DNA of 63,834 nucleotides from Octopus bimaculoides (lineage: Eukaryota), in the NCBI RefSeq assembly GCF_001194135.2, contig NC_068989.1:15760008-15823841 (forward strand), read 5' to 3'. Within the stretch, counting starts at the first letter, position 1. Each line of letters starts with the position of its first letter. The notes beneath the pieces are model-generated. The model saw nothing but the letters and a program-made list of their open reading frames with translations. It was not told where the DNA came from and made no database searches. The position numbers and the translations under genes were made by a program. This document shows, piece by piece, positions 10,850 through 23,186 of the stretch.

Positions 10850-11900
10850 TGTGTATTTCATGACAAATATCTTTTTGTGAGACATTTTCAGTGTAATTTT
10901 TCACTTTGATTAACCACAGTGCTTTATTATTGTGCTTGGCAGCTTTTCCAAAACGTTTCTCCTGAAAATATCTTGTTTCCTTCAGGATTCAGTCTTACCA
11001 TTTCCATCAAAAATATAAAATAGGTGTTTCTAGTTTGATAGAAAAAGACAATATTGCTTAAAATAGTTACTTCTTCCTTCATATTTTAGCAGTTTTTGCC
11101 TTTACTTTCTGCTATTGTTCTTCAATTATTGTCCCATTTAACTTTTTCTTACGTGATAAATTTCCTCTGGTCTAACCTATTCTTCTGTTTTTCACTTATC
11201 TTTCTTCTACTGGTCCACTTCATTGGGTCGCTAATCTCCATTAGTATCTGCCTTTACCACCGGGTTACTTGCTGATCCTTCTTTTTCCTGTTTATTTTCC
11301 ACCAACAAATCTGTAAGATCGACACCCGCTAATACCAATGTGTTTGCATCTTTAATGATAATTCTATCAATCATACTGTTCTCTATTGATATGTTTTCTT
11401 TAAACTTGGTTCGATCCACCACAAATTAACTAAATTTGAAACCTCATGTAGCTGCACCTTCTACCTTTATTTTTCAAGGCACTTTTGTTGATCTATAACA
11501 AGACAATCTACATTAAATTCTTTTTCATCTTGCATACTATTTGGTGCCTTTGATTCAAGTGTGAGCATCGTATTCTCCTACTTGACTTTGATGGCTGCAG
11601 ATCACGGTTCTCTAACGAGTTATTGACATCAATCTCGCTCTGATATGTTGGTTCTTGTAATTTTAATTTGATCTTTCGCTGTATTTCTTCAGTTTCTAAG
11701 CTAGAAATTTTTTTTCTAATCCTGATACACAATACTTAACATAAGACTCTCGTATCGATTCAGATCTCCAGCATTCGTTTTAGGAATACTCGCTTTCATG
11801 GTTCAGTTTACTAGACAACATTCCATTGCTGCTTTTGTTAATTTCTTTTCTCCACTTAACTCTTTGCACAACATTAATGGAAAGACGATCGGCACTGTAC
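10850..11900 (-). mobile_element. R4/Dong-like non-LTR retrotransposon, N-terminal (pre-RT) remnant
   Basis: Decayed motifs RVKWRKEINK..AMEC, KISSLETEEIQRKI, KVKAKTAKI and HNNKALWL, with many stops and frameshifts. Confidence 0.6.
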
Positions 11901-12069
11901 CACAGAACACCTACCGGGAGAGAGACATTACCATTTTCATTGAAATCTGTTTGACATGAAGCAGTCGTATCAGGCGTGGGATTTCAAAGTTACAATATCT
12001 GTCCTTGTTTTCATTTCGAGACACTATCTCTGAGAGTCGCTGATTATGCTTAATAAAGTTTATCGTTGC

Positions 12070-12390
12070 CATCATCATCGTCATCATCATCATCATCATC
12101 ATTCAGTAGTCTTATTTTTATCACGTGCTTTCACTGCACTACCGAGCACAGCTCTGTGTGCCTTGGGTATGTGCTGTGATTTGTTGTCATGGTCTTACTT
12201 TTACTGTATTGAAAGTGTTTTACGTAAGATGTGTGCGGTGTCTAGTAATGCTATTTTTCTGTATGTTATATATACTTGTTAGTCCTGGTATTTTTGTTCC
12301 GTATTTGTCTGAATATTTTTTATCATACCTAATGCGCCTACTATGATAGGAATTGTTTCTGTTATGATAGGAATTGTTTCGGTTTTTAGA
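12070..12390 (-). mobile_element. R4/Dong-like 3' end copy with (ATG)n tail
   Basis: 12103-12390 is homologous to 12737-13010. (CAT)n at 12070-12102. Confidence 0.85.
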
Positions 12391-12470
12391 CTTAGCAGCA
12401 TTTCGTCTGTCTTTAAGTTCTGAGTTCAATTTCCGCCATGGTCGAATTTGCCTTTCATCCTTTCGGGGTC
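12391..12470 (+). mobile_element. SINE family A internal fragment
   Basis: cttagcagcatttcgtctgtc...gagttcaatttccgcc...tttgcctttcatcctttcggggtc. Confidence 0.85.
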
Positions 12471-12678
12471 TCAAGGACCCAACATTAATTGGTACTATCT
12501 TCACCTTCTTCATTTTCCATTACCAGGCTATTTCGTACTTAAGTGGGTTGTATCTATCTATCTTTTCACCTTCCTTCTTGACTATTCGTGAGTCAAAGGG
12601 GCATGCAACATCAACTATATAGCATATGTGGTGCACCTTGCTTACCACCACTAGGTTCGGTCTGTTATGCTCTAGCTC

Positions 12679-12679
<1 letters not shown>

Positions 12680-12738
<59 letters not shown>

Positions 12739-14715
12739 ATAGTCTTATTTTTATCACGCGCTTTCACTGCACTACCGACCGCAGCTCTGTGTGCCTTGGG
12801 TATGTGTTGTGGTTTGTTGTGATGCTCTTATTGTTACTGTATTGAAAGAGTTTTACGTAGGATGTGTGCGGTGCCTAGTAGTACTATTTTCTGTATGTTA
12901 TATATACTTGTTAGTCCTGGTGTTTCTGTTTATGTATTTGTCTGAATATTTTTTTTATCATACCTAATGCCCCTACTATGATAGGATTTTTTTCTGATTT
13001 TAGACTCCCACATTCGAATTACCTCTATTTTCAGGTCTTTGCATTTTGAAAGTTTCTCCATTTCTTTTAGAGAAACGTTGTCATCTGTTGGTGTTGGTAC
13101 AGCGATTAGAAAGCATTTTTTCTTGATGATCTCTGACAACTATATCCGGTCTATTGGCCTTAATTTCTCTATGTGTGTATTGGCATAACCCATAGTATGG
13201 TTGCTTTCTCATTTTCTGTAACCTTTTCTGGCGTGTGACTATACCATCTTTTTTCTGTTGTTATTCCATAGTGTAGGCATAGCTTCCAGTGTATATAGGT
13301 CCCAACTCTGTCGTGTCTGTGAATATATTCCTTCTTATCCAGGACTAGGCAACCAGAGACAATATGATTTATTGTTTCTTGTCCATCGCCACATATTCTG
13401 CAGCTACTTATGTTTCTTTTCGTTATATGTTTTTGGTAATTTCTGGTGGTAAGGTTTTGGTCTTGTGCTGCAATTAAAAATCTTTCAGTCTCTGCTTTGA
13501 GTCCTGAGTTTTTCAGCCATTGTTGGGATTTTGCATTGTCTATTTCTTTTGCGTTTTGGTTAACCCAGTGTTACACAGGGAGGGGGTGATATTGAGAAAT
13601 ATTCTTTTGCTATTGGCTGGGTTTGAAACAGTGCTCTAGTTATTCATGTCAGCGAGATTTCGATTGTCTTGTTAGAAAGCACAGTTTTTTTATAACTGTA
13701 AGCACTTGATCTCTTGACCGCTACGGTCACGGAGAGTTTAAAACAACGACAGAGAACCCAGTTTCGAAGGTAAACACGCACTGTGTTACATGCGATTTAC
13801 CTATCTTTCTGACTGCATCGCTTGATATATACAGCTAGCCCTCGATTTGCGAGGACAGCTGGACAACACGAATGAGACCAGCCAACTAGCAGGGGACACG
13901 CACATTTTACGCAGTGGGGCTACAGTGTTACGGAAGGAAGAAAGCAAAGGGGCGCGAACGACACAACTAGGGAAGTAAACATCGCAGAAGTAAATAAAAA
14001 AAACTATCTGTTGTTAAATGTTGTTGTTAAATGTTTTTTTTAAAAAAATAGAAGTAAAGAACTATCGTTGTGAAATGTTTTTAAAAGAAAAAGAAGAAAA
14101 GAACTGTCTGTGTTGTTTTGCTTTTAAGGAAAACGAAAGAAAAAAAGAACTTTCCAAAGAACTGTCTGTTTTTAAGTGTTTAAAAAAATTTACTTTGACT
14201 ATACGCAATGGTTTTGCTTTGTTGCTGGCGGCTCTTCGGGCTTCTTCACTGCTTTATCTTCTGTTCTGAGCGGTTTTGACTTACTGAGCGTTGGCGCACG
14301 CGGTTTTCCAAGTTAGCAAACTGCAGGCTGTTTATGTTGGAACCTGTGGTGGTATCAGAGGGCTGCGTGTGTCGTAACACCAGTGTTTGCCATGAAGTGA
14401 CTTTTCTTGACATCGTTTTGTCATGATCCGTTGCTGTTTTAGTTTGGATTTCAGTTATTTTAGAGCTTTTGTTGTTTCTTCTTTTTCTTCATAGTTTTTA
14501 GGTAGTATGACTTCTTTTTTGTATTTATCAACTTCTTTAAAGACTGCAACTTTTTTGTTTTGTTGTTTTGTTCGTGTTTTGTGGCTATTTGTATTAGTTT
14601 TCCTTGCTTCTGAAGTAGGTACTTTTGTGGTCCTATGGTGGATATTTTGTAATAATTTTCTAGCTACATAAGGCCTCTACCTCCTTCCATACGTTGTATA
14701 TATAACCAAATGATT
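12680..14715 (-). mobile_element. 5'-truncated R4/Dong-like (RLE-type) retrotransposon with (TAA)n tail, interrupted by a solo LTR
   Basis: LYIQRMEGGRGL (about 14670-14715), WLKNSGLKAETERFLIAAQDQ, zinc knuckle CRICGDGQETINHIVSGC, RHDRV, endonuclease KANRPDIVV, KLSKCKDLKIEV. (TTA)n at 12680-12736. Confidence 0.9.
13569..14379. mobile_element. Solo LTR (811 bp), probably Ty3/gypsy-type
   Basis: Starts TGTTAC and ends GTAACA. 4-bp TSD CCAG at 13565-68 and 14380-83. The Dong ORF (SLHGKHW) continues across the insertion. Confidence 0.85.
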
Positions 14716-14790
14716 CGGTTTCTAGATTCAGAGGTCGGTGCAATTGACTTGAAATTGCTGGCCTCAGTTAAAATTAGAAAAGATGTATTA

Positions 14791-15010
14791 AAGCGGTGAT
14801 GTGGCGGAATCGTTAGCACGTCTGACAAAAGCCTTCGTGGTACTTCTGGTTCAGTTCGTTCTGAATTCAAATTTAATCGAGGTCAACTTTGCCGTTCATT
14901 CTTTCAGGGTCGTTAAAATAAAGTAGTAGTCAAGTATTGGGGTGAATGTAATTGACTTGCCTTTCCTCTTAAAATTGCTAGCCTTATGCCAAAAATGAAA
15001 AAGAATTATT
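14791..15010 (+). mobile_element. Diverged SINE family A/B copy
   Basis: gcggaatcgttagcacg...ttctgaattcaaattt..gaggtcaactttgccgttcattctttcagggtcg. Confidence 0.8.
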
Positions 15011-16059
15011 AAGATTCATTACTTTCATTTGTTTAAGTTAGAAGTGTTGTTCTTTCGGTTCCGCAGTTTTCGTTTCTAAGCGTTGTTTAAATGTGGATAA
15101 GTTTTCTAATTTAATGTGATATAACCATTACAAAATAAATTATTTCTTGTTTCTTTTTCTCATTTGCCAAAAATACGTCTTTATAAGAATGTTTTTGTTT
15201 CAGTTTGTTTAATTTCTATCATATTTTAACAACTCATCTAAGAAAACACCAAGAAAGATATTTAATGAACAAAAACATATGCAAAGACAACACGCACAAA
15301 ACAGAAAAAAGCGATAAATGAAACTATGAATATTTTACAAAATAATGATATATTTGATGTTTGTGATAGAAATAATAATGCAAAAAATTAATAAAAATAT
15401 CATTACTGACAACACGCAAAAAGCAGAACAAAAACTTGTAAATGAAAACACGAACACTTTAAAAAATAATGATGTTCTTCTGACATAAATACGATCATAC
15501 TGAAGAGTCGCTAAATATTAACAAATTGACAGCAGCTATAACAACGCACCACTTTTCACACACACATTGGCAAATGTAGAATCAAATAAAGAGAATTTGA
15601 ATTTGCGTGGATTCCTGATGAACAAGCAAGTTAGCAGAAGTGTGTTACGAAAGTCGCTCTCATTTTCTCACTTTCTTTCTGTCTGTGTCTCTCTTTCTAC
15701 TTGCTCCAAGGTATTCTTCGAGAGAGAGAAAGTCGACATATTTCTAAATCACACACACAAGGATATAAGCTTTTGACCTTTGAAGCGCGTTCTATAATTT
15801 ACTTGAGACAGGCACTAACCGACGTAAGGGATGTTTGTGTTTATTGAAACGAGTTAAAAAGTACGGTGCCGTCTGTCTACTTTTGGGGATTGATGAGCCC
15901 AGAAAACAGGCTGGAGTGTTAAAATCCACACCCTACACAGTGGACGGATACCATAATACAATGATGACATCGAGGTGCGCCACAAATGACATTAGCCCCT
16001 GGTACGTTGTCCTCTTTGAGACATAATATGAGCAGGTCGGGAAAACCGAAGTGATGAAG

Positions 16060-16140
16060 AATGACCTCGGTAAGATTTGAACTCAGAACAACGTACGGAG
16101 ACAGAAGAAATATTGCTAAACGTTTTGTCTGATGTGGCCA
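16060..16140 (-). mobile_element. SINE head fragment
   Basis: gacctcggtaagatttgaactcagaac is the reverse complement of the family A B-box region. Confidence 0.65.
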
Positions 16141-16284
16141 GGAGGTTGAGTCTGAACTTGTGAATTCTTATGATCCCACAAAACTACAATGACATTCCAG
16201 AACTGTGATCAGTCGTGGGCACTGAACCACGACTAGTGAGACTAACGCTGCAGAGAAGGTCTAGCTGTTATATTTAGGAGCAGT

Positions 16285-16475
16285 GTGTTGGCAGAATCGT
16301 TAACATGTTAGACAAAATGTTTAACAATATTTCTTCTGTCTCCTTGCGTTCTGAGTTCAAATGTCACCGAGGTCAGCTTTGCCTTTTTTCCCTTTCGAGG
16401 TCGATAAAATATAGTACTGGAGTTAACTTTGCCCCTCCCCACAAAACTGTTGGATTTGCGGCAAACATTGAAATC
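16285..16475 (+). mobile_element. Diverged SINE family A/B copy
   Basis: ggcagaatcgttaac...gttctgagttcaaatgtcaccgaggtcagctttgcc...gaggtcgataaaat. Confidence 0.8.
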
Positions 16476-16549
16476 ATCACTCGTAGTAATAGTAGTTGTA
16501 GCATCACCGTCAACGTCATCATCATCAACATCACCAACAGCAGCAGCAA

Positions 16550-16609
<60 letters not shown>
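16550..16609. repeat. (AGT)n microsatellite
   Basis: About 20 tandem AGT units. Confidence 0.95.
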
Positions 16610-16809
16610 CCGTAGCAGATTTGCTGAATGAGCAATGATCTGCGATATTTCACTACATGTTTACGCTCCACCTACAACCGGTTGACTTCGATTTTCATCG
16701 TTCACGATGATCAATAAATTCAATGAAAACCCAACCAGTCAAATAGTTGGGTTGATTTAATTTCAGGCTTTGTACCCAAATCAATAATAAAAAAAAAACG
16801 AAAGATTTT

Positions 16810-17107
16810 CACAATTGCCATGTCCCACTAAAAAATAGACGTCAGTGATTGGTTGAAATTACAAAATTACGACAGCTTTAACATGAAATAACTTGCGATG
16901 TACAAATTTTTGTTAAGAAGGCTAAGAGAAAAAGATGTTTTATATGACACATTCTACCAGTATCCCAAGTTTGAAAGTGTTTCGTTAAGAAAACAAGTGG
17001 TGCCCGTCAATTCAGAAAGATCCAAAAAATAGAAATAAAAGAACAAATTGTGGATTCTACGCCTCTTCACAATTTCCCCAAATCCCACTTTAGGAATCAC
17101 TGCTCTA
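16810..17107. mobile_element. Possible hAT-like non-autonomous element (one terminus visible)
   Basis: Ends taggaatcactgctcta; the reverse complement CAGTGATTCCTAAA resembles hAT/Charlie-type termini. The second TIR was not found. Confidence 0.35.
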
Positions 17108-17859
17108 AGCAAATGACGATGTATAGATTCACTTGTTGCTGATGTGCATCAAATAGTTGGAGAAATTACCTTCACGTAACTTGACAATACAGGTCTTAGC
17201 ATCGACAACTCAGTGGCTCTAGACCTCGTTAACATGAGATATTANNNNNNNNNNNNNNNNNNNNNNNNNNNNNNNNNNNNNNNNNNNNNNNNNNNNNNNN
17301 NNNNNNNNNNNNNNNNNNNNNNNNNNNNNNNNNNNNNNNNNNNNNNNNNNNNNNNNNNNNNNNNNNNNNNNNNNNNNNNNNNNNNNNNNNNNNNNNNNNN
17401 NNNNNNNNNNNNNNNNNNNNNNNNNNNNNNNNNNNNNNNNNATATATATATATATATATATATAAGGGGCAACACTCTGAAACTAGTCTACTCTCTCTCT
17501 CTATATATATATTCATATATGTAGATGTCTTGATATAGTGTATATACAAAATGTATATAATATATACAAGTGTGTACATGCGCGTGTGTGTGTACAGAGA
17601 AGAGACAAAACTATATAAGAAAGATACACGTACACACACACACAAACACACACACAGATATTGATAGATAGATAGGTAGATTGATTGATAAATAAACAAA
17701 AAAAAATGAGTATGTGCGTGTGTGTGTTTGTGTGTATGTATAGTATATCACGTTTATGTAAATTTTGTACATATATATATATAATATGTATATGCATTAT
17801 ATACATAGTTTATATATAAATATAAATACGTAAGTCTATAGTATGTGCGATATAGAGAG

Positions 17860-18760
17860 CTACTATGCCATTATTAACCCGATCGTTCTTAATCAAGCCC
17901 TGGTTTATAGCATTAAAATTCCGATTTGTCTCGATGCGAAACCGATATTATACTTGCCGCGCTAGCCACTCTAATAGATTTTGTTGGTAGATTATGGAGT
18001 AAATTAGAGAGGGAGAACGCATTTGATATAGCAATGGGCTCGTAAAATTCTGCTCAGGTCACTGACCTTGTCGGTATATATATCCTTTCATTAATCTAGT
18101 CTTCCTTTCCGGAAGTAACAGGGGGTCTATATAGGGATGATACCTTATTTTGTCTGGACAGAAGTAGCAAAGTACAATTAGAAAGGCATAGGAAAAATTT
18201 ATTTAAGCTTTTTAAAAATTTAGGACTAAATATTACTATAGCTAAAGATTATCGTAGAATGAATTTTCTTGACGCTACTGGATTATTTGAACCATTTCAT
18301 AAGCCAAATGATCATAAGTACATTACGTAGCATCCACACATTCACCTTCGATTATACGGGGATTAGTTAAGAATATTTCTACAAGAATTTCTAGATTATC
18401 TGCTAATAATAAAATTTTCGAATCACATGCAACTTATTATAATGCTGCTCTAGCTAGGGCTGGGTACCGTGAAAAAATTCAATATATAAGAAGTAGACAT
18501 ACACAACACTGTTAATTCCTTCAGTTGCGATACACATTGCACACCAACACCACATCATGGTTTGAGAACTCGCTCGGTCATGTCAATGAACTACCAACGA
18601 AAACTCATAGACACGCGACATAATCCAACTGCTTGTTCCAATCCTGTACAACACGCCTGATCAAATAAGCCTAACAACAGATATAGGAATCAGGATGTCT
18701 TCTAGTTCAGCCCAATAATAATATGTACGAAGAAAATCATATCTTTATTTTAGATTACAC
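17860..18760 (+). mobile_element. PLE reverse transcriptase remnant (GLYRDD-type)
   Basis: FDIAMGS*NSAQVTDLVGIYIL...GGLYRDD...LERHRKNLFKLFKNLGLNITI...NFLD...PFHKPN...KNISTRISRLS. Confidence 0.88.
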
Positions 18761-19164
18761 CTTAAACATCTAACAATTGTTTCAATTGCATTGACATGTA
18801 CATACATACATACATACATACATACATANNNNNNNNNNNNNNNNNNNNNNNNNNNNNNNNNNNNNNNNNNNNNNNNNNNNNNNNNNNNNNNNNNNNNNNN
18901 NNNNNNNNNNNNNNNNNNNNNNNNNNNNNNNNNNNNNNNNNNNNNNNNNNNNNNNNNNNNNNNNNNNNNNNNNNNNNNNNNNNNNNNNNNNNNNNNTATA
19001 TATACATATATATGTACAGGTATATGAATTAATTCATGAATTACATATTATAGATATGTGTTTATGTGTGCGTGTGTATATACATATATATATATGTACA
19101 TGTACATGAATTAATTCATGTATTATATACTATACAAATGTTTTTATATGTGTGCGTGTGTGTA

Positions 19165-19224
<60 letters not shown>

Positions 19225-20149
19225 TGGAAGTATGGATGTATGCTTGCTCATATGTTTTCGTGCAATACAAACCCGTTTTCTTGTCATTGGAATGACATAG
19301 TTTACAGTCATGTGTTTCCTTAACTCTTAACAATTTGTAACTATCCACTGGCTTCCCATAAATGTGTCAGGTTTCAATTCAAATAGCTGATCGTCTGTAA
19401 CCTGCAGGAAAATATACGGGCTATGTTTGAAATTTTAATAACACTGCTGTCTCTATAAAGTGAAAAGATACGATGTAAATATCTTTTGACATGACAAGTT
19501 AGCACTGCAATGAAATAACTCTTTGGCACCACAGCAAACATTGCAAAGCTGTTAAGATTTCTATTCTTGTTGGTGTTTGGTAGTTTGAGTTGTATAAGGA
19601 TTTGAATCTTTTAAGGCAAAAATTGCCTAGATAAAAATTGATAAGATACCATGAATTGCAGATAGAATCTTTGTGTTCCTTCAAACTATATTTGATTCTC
19701 TGGACATTTACAGGTATATTCTTTTTGTTGAAGCAGGAACTGAATTGCTGTGTTACACTACCTTCCTGTTCGAATGGAAACATTTGTGATACACTATTAT
19801 TATTAACATCTAGAAAAAAAAACCCGTTTCTGTTAACTGTAAAGAATTTGTATTTGCAATTTTACTGTTGTATCTTCTTTTGTCATGTCGTTTTAAAAAT
19901 CGGTGAACAAAAGACAAAATGGATATTTTTACGGGTTGCACATACATACATACATACATACATACATACATGAAAATAGATAACTAGGTAGATAACTAGG
20001 TAGATAACTAGATTTAGACATGTATACGTAAATGTAGATATAGATATGCATGTATATATAAGAAATATTATGCTAAATATTACACATTACAACACGCTTA
20101 TATTATATTATATATATATCATATATATTATAGTATACGTATATATATA

Positions 20150-20275
<126 letters not shown>

Positions 20276-21249
20276 TGTGTGTGTGTGTATAAATTACAAT
20301 GTATTTGAGAGAATGTGTTTCTGTAGAGTTCTTATTGTAGCATAAAGACGGGAACTGAACAGAAAACGAGATCGGGCATGGAACAATGTAACGGTAAACG
20401 GGAACTGGGAATAGTTTATTGCCAAAAATAGTATTACAAACTATTAATTCGATATTGAGGGAATAAGAATGACCCTTTATGATTTTAACAAACGAGCATG
20501 CATCTGAGTAAGATAAATTAGATAAATAGATAGATTTACAAATACGTTGAGAAATAGTCAACGTATTGTAGCTGGCGTTGTAGTGTGTCGTAGCTTATCG
20601 TAGCATGGCCGTATCTTGCGGTGCACGATAAAAATGATTATGATGTTATGGTGATTTAGATTTAATTCATCAAATTAATTTCATGGTCAACCAACTTCCA
20701 GGTCATTGGTCATTACATTGTTCCATGTCCTATCCACGAATCCTGCAGTTGACCGTGTCTTTAATGAGACATTAGCGTGACGTACGGGCGCTGCATGCAG
20801 AAATATTTTCCTTTTGGAAAGCTGAGTTATTCTCACACGCTGTTTACTTGAAGGAATGCATGGTTGAGCCTTACAGAAGCCTTACTTAATTCATATCAGT
20901 ATATCAGTATAGACTTTTATTAAAATCCAATTAGTCTATGATTCAACTGGATGTTAGTTTAACATGTATGCAAAGTTTTGACAAGATTAGTTCACTGGTG
21001 CAGGCAGCAAGATGGTAACAGGCAGACAGCCAGACAGACAGACAGAAATTCCCATTGTCCCTTTTGAACATGTATTTCTATCTTCATCTACCAAACATAC
21101 ATACCTATTTATGTAGATACACACATGTATACATGTATACAGTATATTGGCGATGCTTCTCGTTTTATATTGCTAGGTTAAAATCAATGTTTTTATTCCC
21201 ACAGAGTCCTTATCTTTTATAATTTTTTTGTTTCATAGAAATGTGTATG

Positions 21250-21285
<36 letters not shown>

Positions 21286-21759
21286 NNNNNNNNNNNNNNN
21301 NNNNNNNNNNNNNNNNNNNNNNNNNNNNNNNNNNNNNNNNNNNNNNNNNNNNNNNNNNNNNNNNNNNNNNNNNNNNNNNNNNNNNNNNNNNNNNNNNNNN
21401 NNNNNNNNNNNNNNNNNNNNNNNNNNNNNNNNNNNNNNNNNNNNNNNNNNNNNNNNNNNNNNNNNNNNNNNNNNNNNNNNNNNNNNNNNNNNNNNNNNNN
21501 NNNNNNNNNNNNNNNNNNNNNNNNNNNNNNNNNNNNNNNNNNNNNNNNNNNNNNNNNNNNNNNNNNNNNNNNNNNNNNNNNNNNNNNNNNNNNNNNNNNN
21601 NNNNNNNNNNNNNNNNNNNNNNNNNNNNNNNNNNNNNNNNNNNNNNNNNNNNNNNNNNNNNNNNNNNNNNNNNNNNNNNNNNNNNNNNNNNNNNNNNNNN
21701 NNNNNNNNNNNNNNNNNNNNNNNNNNNNNNNNNNNNNNNNNNNNNNNNNCTTTTCCCCT

Positions 21760-22110
21760 TCAAATCGAATGTCAACGGTCAAAGTATCGCTTTGGATACA
21801 ATTTATGATACCCAAAGTCTTCTACCGTCTTCTGTAAAGCATTGTGATCACAGTCTGCATGAATCATTTCGAAAACTGCCTGGCGATTAATGTCGTTGAG
21901 TGCAGATGTCTGCCTCTCAAAACGTAATTTGTCTTAAATGCTGGTTTCCACTTCTTTAAAAATTTCAATTCTTCAGAGCATATTAATGTTGTCAATGAAG
22001 TCATCTCCGTAAACATTTTGTGGATTCAAAGAGCCTGTAACACTCCTTCGTCAAGAAGTTAATGATGACATGTTGCTTCTGCTTGAAATACATTACTGCC
22101 AGCAGTGAGG
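21760..22110 (-). mobile_element. Mariner transposase N-terminal (HTH) remnant
   Basis: KQKQHVIINFLTKE...NVYGDD...FKEVETSI*D...FGYHKL, matching the mariner DNA-binding region; heavily decayed. Confidence 0.65.
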
Positions 22111-22798
22111 AAGAATAGAGAGAATTGTTACTATAGAGAGAAATTTATTCTAACACCGGCACTTTGAATGATCTTTGTCAATTGATACCTACTGTTTCGC
22201 TAATTTAAATACAAACCTCTGTGCGTTTTTGTATAGAAGTATGTATGTATGTATTTCTTTCGGATTGTGTGTTTAATATTATTTCACATTATTTGCTCCT
22301 GCCTCCGTGGGACATTAGGATGATATTTAAAGGCAACCAGAAGTATCAATCAAAACAAATATCGGAAACTGTTGGTCGAAGATTGCCTACTGCTTTGGAG
22401 CAAAGAATATAAAACAAGTTTGATAACTGCTTTATAAAATCTAAATATGGTAAGAAAACAGTAAATTCGAACACAGAGAAAGAACAGGAAAAAACAACGA
22501 CGATAAATAGTGGTGAGATAAGAAAAGCAAACAGATAGTAAAAAAAATTGTTATATCCTATAAGTATATTTAAAAAAAATTTGTTGTTAGAAAATGTGAA
22601 TTCTATTTGGCTTTTATTCTGCTATACATCTTCCATGCAGGCAACTATCGCTTCGCTAAACGTATTTTCTATGATTAACTGGGTTCTTCTGTTAAAATGT
22701 ATTCTATAGGCAAGAAGTTAACGGGTGCCGGTCACCCTGCAAAATGTATTTATGTAATATTAATGCTCCGTAAGATGTACAAGAAAAATTAAAGTGAG

Positions 22799-22914
22799 AG
22801 AAGAAGAAGAAGAAGAAGAAGAAGAAGAAGAAGAAGAAGAAGAAGAAGAAGAAGAAGAAGAAGAAGAAGAAGAAGAAGAAGAAGAAGAAGAAGAAGAAGA
22901 AGAAGAAGAAGAAG
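22799..22914. repeat. (GAA)n microsatellite
   Basis: About 38 tandem GAA units. Confidence 0.97.
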
Positions 22915-23137
22915 AGCAGAGGGAGAAGGAACTCGGAGATACGATCTATAGATATTATTGTAAATTGATGTAAAATATATGAAAAAATACCTGAATGGCT
23001 GATGAAAAAAACAGTGAATGCAAACAAACAATAATGAAGTTAATTATGGGGAAAACTTGCAAAAATTAATCGATAAAATGCATGTAAGTTTGTAATGTAT
23101 ACACATGCACATACACACACTGACACACTCACACGCA

Positions 23138-23186
<49 letters not shown>

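Noticed and set aside
17470-17495. GAAACTAGTC half-hammerhead
   Set aside because: No 5' core upstream; only (TA)n and a gap.
20620-21060. Possible Helentron/DINE-like element ending in a (GACA)n-like tract
   Set aside because: Termini and subTIRs could not be defined from one copy.
22310-22385. Stem TGATATTT/AAATATCG followed by GAAAC-TGTTG-GTC
   Set aside because: No CTGANGA core (two mismatches) and no helix I.
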